Assembly (NCBI GenBank): GCA_951406725.2
Contig: OX597821.1
Coordinates: 44,950,001-45,014,000, forward strand
Reading direction: 5' to 3'
Length of the DNA: 64,000 nucleotides
Origin: Octopus vulgaris
Taxonomy: Eukaryota
Shown here: positions 35,765 to 49,660 of the stretch, piece after piece
Layout of the letters: every line of letters starts with the position of its first letter
Numbering within the stretch: the stretch's first letter is position 1
Position numbers and translations under genes: made by a program
The notes under the pieces: model-generated
Seen by the model: the letters and a program-made list of their open reading frames with translations, nothing else
Databases searched by the model: none
What the model was told of the DNA's origin: nothing

Positions 35765-36760
35765 CTCTGAGTGTGTAGTGGGTGCCAGTCAGGCAGTACT
35801 GGCGATGGCCATGCTCAAATGTTTTTTTTTTTATGTGCCACCTGCACAGGAGCCAGTCCAGCGACACTGGCAGTGACCTCGCTTGAATGTTGATTTTCAT
35901 GTGCCACCAGCACAAGGGCCAGTAAGGCAACGCTGGTAACAATCATGCTTGAATGGTGTTTTTTATGTGCTACCGTCATGGAGCCATTCAACGGCCCTGG
36001 CAACGATCATGCTCGGGTGGTGCTTTCACCGGCCACGTCAGTGAATTTGATTTTGATTGTGATTTCACTTGCTTCAACAGGTCTTTGCAAGCAAAGTTTA
36101 GTGTCCAACGAAAGAAAGGTACGCATAAGTAGGCTGGTTACACTCTGGCATAGGCACGGGTTATGATCTCACTTGCCTTGCCAGGTCTTCTCAAGCACAG
36201 CATAGTTCCAAAGGTCTCAGTCACTAGTCATTGCTTCGGTGAGGCCCAATGTTTGAAGGTTGTGCTTCACCACCTCATCCCAGGTCTTCCTGGGTTTACC
36301 TCTTCCACAGATTCCCTCAACTGCTAGGGTGTGACACTTTTTCACACAGCTGTCCTCATCTATTCGCAACACATAACCATACCAGCACAGTCATCTCTCT
36401 TGCACGCCACATCTGATGCTTCTGAGGTCCAACTTTTCTCTCAAGGTGCTTACACTGTTGTGTATGCACACTGACATTACACATCCAGCGGAGCATACTG
36501 GCTTCATTCCTTGCAAGCTTATGCATGTCCTCAGCAGTCACGGCCCATGTTTCACTGCCATGCACACATGCGTCATACAGTCTGCCTTTCAATCTGAGGG
36601 AGAGACCCTTTGTCACCAGTAGAAGCAGGAGCTCTCTGAACTTTGTCCAGGCTATTCTTATTCTAGCAGCTACACTTTCAGAGCATCCACCCCCGCTACT
36701 GACTAGGCAACAGAAGCTGTCAACTATTTCTCGTTTTTCTCCCTGGAATGTGGCAGAAGT
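35765..36760 (-). mobile_element. RTE LINE fragment (RT C-terminus + 3' UTR units)
   Basis: TKGLSLRLKGRLYDACVHGSETWAVTAED, followed by gtggcacataaaa units. Confidence 0.88.
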
Positions 36761-36903
36761 TGTTCAAATATCATGACAAATTATTCGTAACTGAAAGCAT
36801 GTAAAGATAATTTATATTATTACATTTAATAATAAATAAATTACTTACATGTCCGCATTAATGCAAAAAATCTACTAAGACAATGCAGAAATTAAGCCCT
36901 GTC

Positions 36904-36934
<31 letters not shown>

Positions 36935-37534
36935 GACACAGACCCTGTTCGAACGTATAATAGCTAACTCCTGTTAACTGCGATTCCTTTTATTTTTCAT
37001 TTCCTGGTTCAACAGATTGAGTTTGAAAGTTTCCCCATCATTTTCCTCAACAGCCACTAAATGCACTTCCTATGCGTCATTATATACAGCCATTTTGTTT
37101 CTACTTAACATTTCATATCTCTATTTGTCCTCACCATCTGCCTCGCCATTATAAATTATTTCCTATCTTTCGTCTTCCATACATAACAATGTTTGGAAAT
37201 CTTGTGGCTATGCCAATTTCCTTAACCTAATTGTTTTGCTTTTTGTTTTTCAGAAAAATTCTTTTAGCTGCTGTATTATGTATGTCTGTACCACTGTACT
37301 AATATAATAAATATAAATTTCCTTTTACTCGCTCCAGGCATTAGACTGCGGTCAGGCTTGGGCACTGTCTTGAAGAATTTTTGTTGAATAAATTGGTCCC
37401 AATACTTATTTTTTTAAAGCCTGGTATTTATCCTGTCAATCTTTGCTGAACTGCTGAGCTGCAGGGATGTAAACACACCAACCCTAGTTGTCAAGTGGTG
37501 GTGGGGAGCAAACACAGATGCAAAAATGTGACTG

Positions 37535-37915
37535 ATACCAGTACCGCCTGACTGGCACATAAAACTCACCATTCAAGCATGGTCGATGCCAGTGCTGCCT
37601 GTCTGGTTCCTGTGCCATTGGCACATACAAAGCACCATTTGGGCATGACAGTGCTGCCTGACTGGCATGCAAAAAGCACCATTTGAGTATGGTTGATGCC
37701 AGTGCTGCTTGACTGGCTCCTGTGCTGGTGGTATGTAAAAAGCACCCACTACACTCTCAGAGTGGTTGGCGTTAGGAAGGGCATCCAGCTGTAGAAACCT
37801 TACCAAATCAGATTGGAGCCTGGTGCAGCCTCCCAGCTTGCCAGTCCTTGGTCAAACCGTCCAACCCATGCCAGCATGGAAAGCAGATGTTAAACTACGA
37901 TAAGAATGATGATGA
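37535..37915 (+). mobile_element. RTE LINE 3' end with tandem units
   Basis: ggcacataaaa..cacc repeats, gttaggaagggcatcc, (GAT)n. Confidence 0.85.
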
Positions 37916-38138
37916 TATATATATATATATATATAATTAAATACACAACCGAAAAAGCCGCTAATAGTTTCATGCAATTATGATATATAGATATATACAT
38001 GTACACATGTGCACACACACACATACAATATATTAATAAAATTAGACAAGGCCTGTTTATAGGATTACCCTGGGTTTCACATCCATAAAGTGCTTAGCTT
38101 TATGTGGTATCATCAGATTCTAAACCTGTTGGCATATA

Positions 38139-39006
38139 CAGGGTGCAATGGGTAAATTGTCACCATTTTATATTTCTAACTTCACGCATGTGCGTTGTTT
38201 GCTTTTAATTTTGTTAATTACACAGTATAGTAGGGTCAGTTGGACACCACCTGCGAGAAAAACAGCACCATGAGGCAATTCACTCAGTCAGAAATTTGGA
38301 AACAACATGCTGTACTGCTTGGCATTTGTGCCGGAAGCTCCAATATGAACATTTCAGATTGATTGGATGTCAATCTGAGGACAGTGCATATACCGAGAGT
38401 GATAAAAATGAAGCATCCAGTCAACATCATGGTGTTTGGAGTGATCACTGGTGATGGTGACATTATGCCCCCATTCAACATCCTACACAGCCTCAGATTC
38501 AACACAGAGGCCTACATCAAGTACCTGGAGTAGGTAGTGCTGCCCTGGGTCAAGAGGGTGGCTGCTGGAAGATCCTATGTCTGGCAACAGAACTCTGTAC
38601 CATGCCATACAAGCAAGAGAACCCAGTCATGGCTGTCAAACAATTTCTGCGACCACATGACCCCTAATATCTGGCCACCTAACTCCCCTGACCCCTTGAT
38701 TATTGTGTGGGGTGCAGTTGAGCAAGAGACCAACAAAACTCCTTGTAACACCAAAAATGAACTGAAAGCAAAAATTATGGCACCATTCACCAGCTTAAAC
38801 AAAGAGACCATTCAGAAGAGTTGCAGGAGATTCTAAAGTTGTCTGGAAGCCATGGTTGAAGCTGATGACAATTTTATTGAATAAATTTACTCTCTAGTAT
38901 TTCAAAATATTTTTATGTAATCTTGCCTGTAAATATATGTTAAAATGAGATGTCAGTGTTATTTTCATATTTATGTAATTTAGACGACAATATATTCACT
39001 GCACCC

Positions 39007-39008
<2 letters not shown>
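38139..39008 (+). mobile_element. Internally deleted Tc1/mariner (maT/DD37D-like) transposon with TIRs
   Basis: TIRs CAGGGTGCAATGGGTAAATTGTC / GACAATATATTCACTGCACCCTG; peptides HPVNIMVFGVI, YVWQQNSVPCHT, WPPNSPD. Confidence 0.85.
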
Positions 39009-39055
<47 letters not shown>

Positions 39056-39138
39056 ATATTAGGGAGTAAATCCAAACTTACAGGGAAAAATTAGATTTAG
39101 AATTAAATCAAATTTCACAGTATAAATAAATATAAATG

Positions 39139-39955
39139 AAATTAGAGATAAAACCACTATTAGGCAAATCAAACAGTAAAAAACATAAACCAAAACATAA
39201 AAATAAATATAATTAATATAATATACAAAATATATAAAATTTAAAATTTTAATTATTTAAATTTAAAATTTTTAATTTATATTTATAAATTTTTAATTTA
39301 TATTTATAAATTTTTATATTTTTTTAAATTTTAAATTTATAAATTTTTAAACTTTTAATTTTTTTTTTAAATAACTATCAAAAAGTATCAAGAAGTTTAA
39401 TATAATATAATAAGTAAAACCACTACGTATGTTTCATGGCCATAACCCAATTCGAATTACAATAATTTAAATTCAATTAAAAATTCGAATTATAATTATA
39501 GTCAATTTTCAGGTTAATGATAATAGTTAAATAAATATTAATTAGCCAACGAGATATATTGATCGTTAAATAGCTATACGGTTTTTTAAAGATAGGTTAT
39601 ACGTTTATAATTTGCTTCTTCATCTTTAATTTTTTAATATTTCGTAAGTAATAATGGAATAATTAATTTATTTAGTTTTCATTATACGTATATATATTTA
39701 TTGATAGAGAAAATTTTAGATCTCAATTATTATATTTATTGATAATAATTTAGTTATTATTCTTAAATATTTTATAATTATTATAGGCGTAGGAGTGACT
39801 GTGTGGTAAGTAGCTGGCTTACCAACCACATGGTTCCGGGTTCAGTCCCACTGCATGGCATCTTGGGTAAGTGTCTTCTGCTATAGCCTCGGGCCGACCA
39901 ATGCCTTGTGATTGGATTTGGTACACAGAAACTGAAAGAAGCCTGTCGTATATAT

Positions 39956-39991
<36 letters not shown>

Positions 39992-40891
39992 ATATGTTTG
40001 TGTGTCTATGTTTGTCCCCCCACCATCGCTTGACAACTGATGCTGATGTGTTTATGTCCCCGTCACTTAGCAGTTCGGCAAAAAAGACCGATAGAATAAG
40101 TACTGGGCTTACAAAAGAATAAGTCCCGGGGTCGAGTTGCTCGATTAGAGGCGGTGCTCCAGCATGGCTGCAGTCAAATGACTGAAACAAGTAAAAGAGA
40201 GTATTAGATTTGAGCTTAAATTTAAAAATATGAATAGTGATTATTTTTTTGTTAAATAATTTGGTAATTAGATATTGACTATAAATGAGATTAGGTTATT
40301 CGTGAGTTTATTTGTTTTTTTTAAGCCATATTATATTTTAATAGATTACATTTTCTATCTATTTTTACCTTAAAAATTAATATTTAACATTATAATTGGA
40401 TTGTATGACATAATCCTAATCGTTAAAGTTCCTAATTTTTATAAGAAAAATTATTACATTATTTTATTTATTTCTTTAAAAATATTGTTTAAATATATTT
40501 GCTTATTTATTTAACTATTATCATTAACCTGAAGATTGACTATAATTATAATTCAAATTTTTAATTGAATTTAAGTTATTGTAATTCGAATTGGGTTATG
40601 GCCATGAAACGTACATAGTGGTTTTACTTATAATATTATATTAAACTTTTTAATACTTTTTGATAGTTATTTAAAAAAAAAAATTAAAAGTTTAAGAATT
40701 TATAAATTAAAAATTAAAAAAAAAGAATTAAAAAAATAAAAATGTATAGATATAAATTTAAAATTTTAAATTTAAATAATTTAAATTTTAAATTTTATAT
40801 ATTTTGTATATTATATTAATTATATTTTTTTAATGTTTTGGTTATGTTTTTCACTGTTCGATTTGCCTAATAGTGGTTTTATCTCTAATTT
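39139..40891. repeat. ~400-bp-arm AT-rich inverted repeat (39139-39537 / 40503-40891), Penelope-like pLTR pair between (TA)n tracts
   Basis: attagagataaaaccactattaggcaaatc / gatttgcctaatagtggttttatctctaat; gtttcatggccataacccaattcgaattac / gtaattcgaattgggttatggccatgaaac. Confidence 0.85.
39786..40203 (+). mobile_element. Full-length young tRNA-derived SINE inserted in the spacer of the inverted repeat
   Basis: ggcgtaggagtgactgtgtggtaag...ggttcagtccc...gactgaaacaagtaaaagag. Confidence 0.92.
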
Positions 40892-40946
40892 AATTTAGAT
40901 TAATAAATATATGCATATATATATAATATAAATATATATGTGTTTG

Positions 40947-41019
<73 letters not shown>

Positions 41020-41028
41020 TATATGTGC

Positions 41029-41092
<64 letters not shown>

Positions 41093-41101
41093 TATATGTG
41101 C

Positions 41102-41136
<35 letters not shown>

Positions 41137-41205
41137 GGAGTAAACACATAAATGTGAAACAAGGTGGAAAAAAGAGTACTCAAATACCAGTGGTAGAGTA
41201 ATATG

Positions 41206-41259
41206 CTTTATTTAAAGCAGCAGAAAATTCAAATTGAATTTTCTGCTGCTTTAAATAAA

Positions 41260-41260
<1 letters not shown>
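41206..41260. repeat. Perfect 27-bp palindrome (1-nt spacer) in a short insert within (TA)n
   Basis: CTTTATTTAAAGCAGCAGAAAATTCAA-A-TTGAATTTTCTGCTGCTTTAAATAAAG. Confidence 0.95.
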
Positions 41261-41309
<49 letters not shown>

Positions 41310-41354
41310 TATATGTGCATATATATATATATAATATAGATATTATATATATGT

Positions 41355-41610
41355 ATACTGGATCTCTACTTCACAAATAATATGGATCTCATCCATAATG
41401 TGAAAGTGACACTGATGCTTCTCTCAGATCACAACATGGTAGAGCTGACCATGTATAGACCAAAGGAAACCATGGACATGCAGCCTACACGAAACTCTCA
41501 GAATCTTTCCAGCTTGAACTTCCATAAGGCAAACTGGAAACAAATTGAGAAAGAGATCCTCAAACAAAACTGGCCAAAATGTCTCTCTTCACCGGACATT
41601 GACATAAAAC
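41355..41610 (+). pseudogene. CR1/Jockey-group LINE AP-endonuclease C-terminal fragment
   Basis: ILDLYFTNN...LSDHNMV...LNFHKANW. Confidence 0.75.
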
Positions 41611-42093
41611 ACAGTGAGAGGTGACGGTGTTCATTTTTTTTTTTTAATGTCTAAGAGAGAAAGCAAGAGAGAGTGAAAGAGACAGTGAGTGGTGACAGCA
41701 TTCCTTTTATGATTTTAAATGTTTCAGAGAGAAAGAGAGTGAGAGAGAGAGAAAAAAGTGAGAAAGAATTTTCTTGTCTCTAATACACACAGTTATGCCA
41801 AACAATACTCCCTGAAATATAAAATTTTGTCTCTTGAATATTTTAAACAAGTTATTATCCAAGAATGTGAAACAATCCTGGTAGACATGTGTCATAAAGC
41901 ATTTCAAAATGCTTCAATACAATGCAGCCTGTGTTGCTGCAAAAGGAAGCTCAGTTGATCATGAAATGGAAAACCAATTTAACTAAACAGTGCATTCATT
42001 AACTGTACATTTGTGTGCTTATAAGCATACTAATTAATATAACTATCAAGTGAGTCATGAATTGTCTACACACACACACATACATACCTATGC

Positions 42094-42142
<49 letters not shown>

Positions 42143-43447
42143 CATACATATCATCATCCTCATCAACCTTTTAACATACAGTTTTCCATGTTTTCTTGAG
42201 TCACACAGAATTTGCTGAGGTAGATTTTCTACAGCTGGATGTCCTTCCTGTTGTCAACCCTCACCTTTCTCCAATTAAGATAATACTTCCTCATGCCCAA
42301 ACATGTTTTTCATAGAAGACTGGAAACAAACAACATTGCCTGTATGATAGGAGTGATGCTTCTTTATAACCATCACGAGATGTTGAGTCAAGAGTATGTA
42401 TATACACACACACACACTCTGAAATATATATTATATGTGGAGGTGCATGGCATAGTGGTTAGGGTGCTGGACTCGTTCATGACTGCAAGACCATGGCTTT
42501 GACTCCTGGACCAGGCGATGCACTGAGTACTTGAATAAAACACTTAATTTCATGTTGCTCCAGTCAACTTAGCTGGTAAAAATGAGTAATCTTGTGACGG
42601 ACTGGCATCTTGTCCAGGGAAATTATGAAACCAGCCCTATGCTCCCTACAGAGTAATGTTAACTAACCATATATAAATACACAGACACAGACAGACAGAC
42701 ACACACACATATATATTTATAAACATGATGGGCAACTTCCAGCTTTGTCTACCAAATTTACTCACATGGCTCTGGTCAGTTTGCAGCTATCGTAAAAGAC
42801 ATTTGCCCCAGGTGTTGCACCATGGGAATGAACCTGAACCCACACGGTTGGGAAGTAAACTTAACAGCACAGCCATGACTACATCTTTGAGTAGTAACTA
42901 TTTACTAACAAACCATGGGGAATATCTTGCCTAGTACATGGATTAACGAAATATTTTGTTCTGAGATGAGCTTTTAATAGAGAGTTTATTATATGCAATA
43001 GAGAGTATATGAGAATACATGATGAGGTTTTAGTAGAGGGTGTATATGTTTTATATTTATGTATGCATATACTATTTGCTTGTTCATTTGTTTTATGCTC
43101 TATTTTCCATGCTTGCATGAATTGGAGGAATGTTATCTAATGTACACACTCAATTTTTGGTTTCCATCTAAGAAATCTACTAACAAGGCTTTGGACTGAC
43201 CCAGTCCTACTGTAAACACCTGCCCAAGATGCTGCACAGTGAGACTAAACCTAAAACTATGTGGTTGGGAAGAGAACTTCAGACCCACACTAACAGTGTA
43301 CTTAAGAAGCTTACTTTGCAATCATGTGGGTTTGAGTTCAGTTCTACTGAGTGGCACCTTGGGCAAGTCTTCTATTATAGTGTTGGGCCAACAAATGGCT
43401 TGTGAGTGGGTTTGGTAGACAGAATTTGGTAGCCCGTTCTGTGTGTG

Positions 43448-43496
<49 letters not shown>

Positions 43497-43736
43497 GAGA
43501 GTCTTTGTGTCTGAGTTTGTTGTCACCACCACCACCACCACCACCACTCAACAACTGGTGTTGCTTTGTTTATGTCTCTATAAACAAATGATTCAGCAAA
43601 AGAGGATGATAGTGTAGGTACTAGACATAAAAAACATAAGTATTGGGTGCAATCTGCTGAACATAAAATTCCTTGAAAGTAGTGTCTTAGCATGGCTGTA
43701 ATCCAATGACTGAAATGAGTAATACACACACACACA

Positions 43737-43798
<62 letters not shown>

Positions 43799-44074
43799 TG
43801 CGTGCGTGTGTGTGTGTGTGTATATATTGCTACATATATATATTGCTATAATGTACTATAGAAAATATCTATAAGTTGCATTTATAATTAACATTATGTT
43901 ATGATGACTAGAAGCAATTGATGTACTGTTTACAATGATCATAACACATATTGATGGCTGAAAAAAGTAGAGCTATAGATATGTTCTACAGTACATAATA
44001 GCAAAATGATGAAACACTGTTAACACACCAGTAATTCTATACACACACACACACACATGTATGAATGTAAGTAT

Positions 44075-44113
<39 letters not shown>

Positions 44114-47100
44114 TATATATACATGCACACACACACACTTACTCACACTCAGATATAAGAATGTAATTGTGTAAATGTACATTTCATCTCAGTATGCTTG
44201 GTTATAAAAAAATGAAAAAAGAAAAAGAATTCTGAAAAATCTGTTAACATGTTTGCTGTTGAGATGTTTGGGTTGTCAAACTAACACCATATCTGGATAG
44301 TTTAGAATGGAGTATGTTCATATGAAAAGAGAGATTAGCTCTCATTTTTTTTCTCTCTCTCTCGTTCTGAGAATTTACCTCAATACTCCTCCCATGTTTT
44401 CTTTGGCTTTCTTCTGCAATGGCAAAATATGGAAAGAAATGGAATTTAGTCTAATATTCTGTTGAATCAATTGTTTTTGTAATTTTATAGGATCCAGTTC
44501 AACCCTGATAGACCCATGATCAATGGTGTTCTGGTTTTGACCATCATGCCTATTTTATATAACAGGGACTACACTGTCCAATGTAGTTCTTCTTTATTGT
44601 GTACTATACCATAAACTATTTCAGTTATTTCTATTGCTAAAATTGCTGCAATACGGAAATTTGCTGTTTTTCTGTGACTGTGTTGTAAAGAAGTTTGGTT
44701 CTGAATAACATACATGTTTCAAGTTCAGTTCTACTGTATGGTTGGCATCTTGGGCAAGTATTAACTATAGCTCCAAGTCAACCAAAGCCTTGTGAATGAA
44801 TCAGGTAGATGGAAACTGAAAGACGCTTGTCATATATATTATCACCATAATAATCATCCCTAGACACAACAAAATCATCATTTAACATTCACTTTTCCAT
44901 ACCTCCATGGGTCAGACAGAATTTTTTGAGGTAAAATTTCTACAACTGGTTGTTCTTGTCACCAACCAAAAAGTCAGCAAATTGGGTCAATGGGTTCCTC
45001 ACAAACTTTTTGAGTCTAACTGAGCGCAGAGAGTGAATGGAGCCAGTCAGACGGACCTGGCATTGACCACGTTCAGTTGGTGTTTTTTACGTCATGAGGC
45101 CCAATGTTCGAAGGTCATGCTTCACTACCTCATCCTCTGTCTTCCACAGTTAGGGTGTGGCACTTCCTCACACAGCTGTCCTCATCCATATGTAACACAT
45201 GACCATACAGCGCAGTCCTCTCTTTTGCACATCACATTTGATGCTTCTTATGTCCAGCTTTTCACTCAGGGTGCTCACACTGTAGTGTATGCACACTGAC
45301 ATTACACATCCAGTGGATCATACTAGCTTCATTTATTTCAAGCCTAGTCCCCAGCAGTTATGGTCCATGTATTACTGCCATGTAGCATGGCAGTTTGCAC
45401 ACATGCATCATACAGTCTACCTTTCATCCTAAGTGAGAGGCCCTTAGTTGCCTGCAGAGGTAGGAGCTCTGTGAACTTTACCCAGGCTATTCTTATTCTA
45501 ACAGCTACACTCTCAGATCAACCACCCCCACTATATATATATATATATATATATATGTACGTGGTGTGTGTGTGTGTGTGTGCATGTGTATTTCTAATCA
45601 CATGTTTGTATATTTTTTGCTAGTTTATATTGACAAAGAATATAAACCTTTGTGAAAAATGAAAAGCTCAGTACTTCAGGAACAAAGTTCCTTGTGATAT
45701 TTGATCTGCAACTACTTAGATACTCCTTTGACATTTTAATCAGCTGAAACAGTGACTCAGAGATTAGTACATTGAAAACCTGTAACATACCAGGCTATTG
45801 TTTACTGGTTGCAATACAAAATAATCAAATAATTAAAAATAAATATTAATTGACTTCAAGTAATTTATAAAGATATGATATCTTTTTTTTTTTTTGTGTG
45901 TGTGTGTGTGTGTTAGTTAGGAGTGTAGGCTGTACCCATGACTCTTTACAGAGCTTCTGATGAGTAGAAGCAAGGGAGAAAGGTATTGTCAAACTGAAGA
46001 TCTAGTCAAAATTCTGCAACAGAGTTGATTCCATTAAAGGCACCCAAGGAACAGGTGTGGTGTTATAGTAGCTAACGGATTCATTCTATGATAAAAGTAG
46101 CTTACAACAGGATTTGAACTCAGAAGATAAAGAGCCAGAACAAATACTGCAAGCCATCCAGTCTGACGTATTTAAGAGTTTTGCTAATCCACTGTTGCGA
46201 ATTGGCATGTCTTTTTTTATCATCCCCCTTCACCACCACCACCAGCACCACCACCAAAGGATGAAAATTTTACTGGAGGAAAGAAAAAGAGTACACATTA
46301 ACTGAAATATGTTTAATGTTAAGAGATTGTATAGAATGCTCAATAATCAATATATAAATGCTATAAAATAATTACTCTTGAGAGAAGTTTCAATACAAAA
46401 ATGAAAGGTTTGGCAATAAACCATTATTGAGAATATTCATGTAAAGCCAGTTTATACTAGTGCAATAATACATGGTGGACAGAAACAGGTATTTCAATTC
46501 ATAAGCTATTACTAAGAAGAATAGAAGGAAAAGTTGACCAAGAGCTTACATTCAGTTAGCAACCAGGTATTTTTAGTTGTGTAACTTCTACTGAAAAACA
46601 GTTAACTCATTCCTCTCCCAAGTGGCTAATTATATCTACCATATGTTTAGCTAAATTCAAGATGGTTGTTCATAAATTTAAGTGGGTGTATATAAAACAA
46701 ACATAAATACAACTTGACAGAAAACAAAATCATGTTATTTTGCAAATGTATGTAGAAAAGAAATATCTCTAACAGTTTAATGACTTGATTTTATTGGTGA
46801 ATCAGTTGTTAAAGCTTAATATTAATAACTTATTTATAAACAAAGATAATCTCTCGTAATCTAAGAAGTAAGCAAAGGAGTAATAATTGGGTTTAGAGTT
46901 AGTGAAGATTCTAGAAGCAGGATAGGAGCAAAGAAAACAATAGTGCAGGTAAAAATAATATTTGCATGTAGACACCATATTTTAAGAATATAAATATATA
47001 AATGAATATCAGTTGGTGCAAACTTCTCTGTCTGGTCTGAACTGAAGATTTAGAAAATGAAAACAAAATAATCACAATGAACAGAATCTATGATGTATAT

Positions 47101-47337
47101 CTGTCTATAGGCTGAGAAACTTAACCCTTTAGTGTTCACATTATTCTGCCAAAATTAATGCTTTTTTATCCACATTGTTTTGAACTAATCATGCATTATC
47201 TTGTAGTTATGAGATTTTGATGAGGAAGCTGTTAATTTTTAAGATGATATTGTAAGGGTTGGTGAGAGAGACCAGATCTGGCCAGTTTGAACATAAAACA
47301 AGCAGAATACTTTTGACCGGATATGGCCGGTTTAAAT

Positions 47338-47551
47338 ATACTTTTACTTTTATTGTTTCAGTCATTTGACTGCGGCCATGCTGGAGCACCGCCTTTAGTC
47401 GAGCAACTCGACCCCGGGACTTATTCTTTGTAAGCCCAGTACTTATTCTATCGGTCTCTTTTGCCAAACCGCTAAGTGATGGGGGACATAAACACACCAG
47501 CATCGGTTGTCAAGCAATGTTAGAGGGACAAACACAGACACACAAACATAT

Positions 47552-47582
<31 letters not shown>

Positions 47583-47752
47583 CATGTATACGACAGGCTT
47601 CTTTCTGTTTCCGTCTACCAAATCCATTCACAAGGCATTGGTCGGCCCGGGGCTATAGCAGAAGACACTTGCCCAAGATGCACACAGTGGGACTGAACCC
47701 AGAACCATGTGATTGGTAAACAAGCTACTTACCACACAGCCACTCCTGCGCC
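47338..47752 (-). mobile_element. Full-length young tRNA-derived SINE
   Basis: Reverse complement is nearly identical to 39786-40203. Confidence 0.92.
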
Positions 47753-48189
47753 TGAACAGAAATTTCTTATTTAATGCTTGAACCCGTTACCATAATTCTT
47801 TTGAAATACACTACCTTGGTTTCAGTTAATTTTGAAATTAATGAGGAATTTAGTAAAATAACTTTCACATTATTAAGATATTGGTGTTTGGAATATAAAT
47901 CAAATATAAACTAACATGAAAATTTGATGGAAAGTTTAAATTAGATCACTTTAAAGCATAAAGTTTGTGTCACAAAACCAGGGGCAGTCTTAAGTGGTTT
48001 GATATCAAAAGGTTTAACCCTTCAGCATATAGATTACTCTGTCAAATGTAATATTTATTCACAGTTTTAAATTAATCATGCATTGTCTCATAGCGGCAAG
48101 ATTTCAATGATCTGATTGTTTATTTTTAGAGTGACATAGTACAGTAAGTGTGAGAGGCCAGATCTGGGTGGTTTGAACATAAAACATGT

Positions 48190-48688
48190 TTTTTTCCCCT
48201 AATGGCCCTGTCAACTACAGTGTTCCTCCACCACATTACCATGGGTCAAGAGGGGACTTTGCACAAGCCACAGATCTGGTCAGTAGCTCTCAACAGGTTG
48301 TCCCATAGAAACCTCCAGTTGTCTTCCACATTATGTGATGCTATATCCTCCTCTATTTCGTCAAAAGCTTCGAGTAATACGTTTCTAAATCTCTATTTGC
48401 AGGATCTTTAAGTTTCTAGACTCTTCTTCTCCATGTTGGTTGTCTTCTGTGCATCCATTTAGCCCTGATCCTGAAGTCACTAACTTCTAACCTATGTTGT
48501 GTAGTGCATTCTTCACCTGGGAAGGTTTTGGCATTTATAAGTAGCCATCTTTCCCGTTTCCTGGTGAGGACGTAGTCAATTTGACTAGTGTGTGCACCAG
48601 ATCGGTAGGTGAATAGGTGACTGGCAGGTTTCCTGAAGTTAGTATTACAAACCATAAGATCATTTGCTTCACAGAACCCAGCAGCCAT
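48190..48688 (-). pseudogene. RTE LINE AP-endonuclease C-terminal fragment
   Basis: FCEANDLMVCNTNFRK...TYRSG..SQIDYVL...QHRLEVSDF. Confidence 0.85.
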
Positions 48689-49660
48689 GAGAAGAGAAGA
48701 GAGAGAAAAAGAGGAACAAAGGAATTAAGGAGGGGAGAAGAGAGAGAGAGAGAGAGAGAGCAAGTCACGTGACTGTTGGCCGACTGCTAGCCCTTTTGCG
48801 TTTGACTGTGGTCACTGCCATGTTGATATTCTTCTGTCGGCCATACAGCTTAATTTCCATACATGCCAGCTGAATTCAGTTCATCTCCAGTCGAAAGACA
48901 CCTGTTATTATTATTATTATTGTTATTTTATTGTATTTTGTATTTATATTCATGTAACATTGTCTGTTTTTCCGTCCTTGTTTTGTATACATTTGTTGCT
49001 TTTTTCCAAGGAATCTAATGCTCTTAGCTTAGTTTTTCCTTGGGGCTGGCCAGATTGGAGCAATCTCAAGATTAATCAGCCGAAATTGCGAGGATGATCC
49101 GGTTCTTGACTGAAGATAAAAGGCTTTAAATGATCCATCCGTGGTTTTTTGTATCGTCTATCTGGATGTTTTGTTGTCTCCTTTTGTATCACCTAGTTAT
49201 CCGGATGTTTTGTGTTCTTGTCCCATTTTGTATTTTATTTTATATATATATGTTTTATTCAGGGAACATGACCAAGTGGTAAGAGTGTTGTGCTCACAAT
49301 CACAAGATTTTGGTTTCAATACTTGGATCAAGTGGTGCATTGTGTTCTTGTGCAAAACATTTTATCTCACATTGCTCAGGGATCACTTTGACACCTGATG
49401 TATGGCACACTGTGCACCTGTTCATACAACATTGATTTGATGTCAAGGGTGAGCTAATGTACAGCATACACATCTGATCCCTATAAACAAATTACTTGTG
49501 CAGATTGTTCAGCAAGAAATTGCAGAACACCGTCTTTCTCAAACTGTGAGGGACTACCATCACATAACATAGGTTTCATGTATATATATAAATGTATATG
49601 AGCATGTTTATGTATATGTGTGTGTGTGTGTGTGTGTATGTGTGTGTGTATATTTATATA

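Noticed and set aside
39139-40891. Mitochondrial control-region NUMT (very AT-rich)
   Set aside because: No mitochondrial tRNA, rRNA or CDS motifs; the long inverted-repeat geometry fits a retroelement terminus better
45660-46000. Possible small host exons (AG..GT-bounded open segments on either strand)
   Set aside because: No recognisable protein similarity; such signals arise by chance and would need RNA-seq
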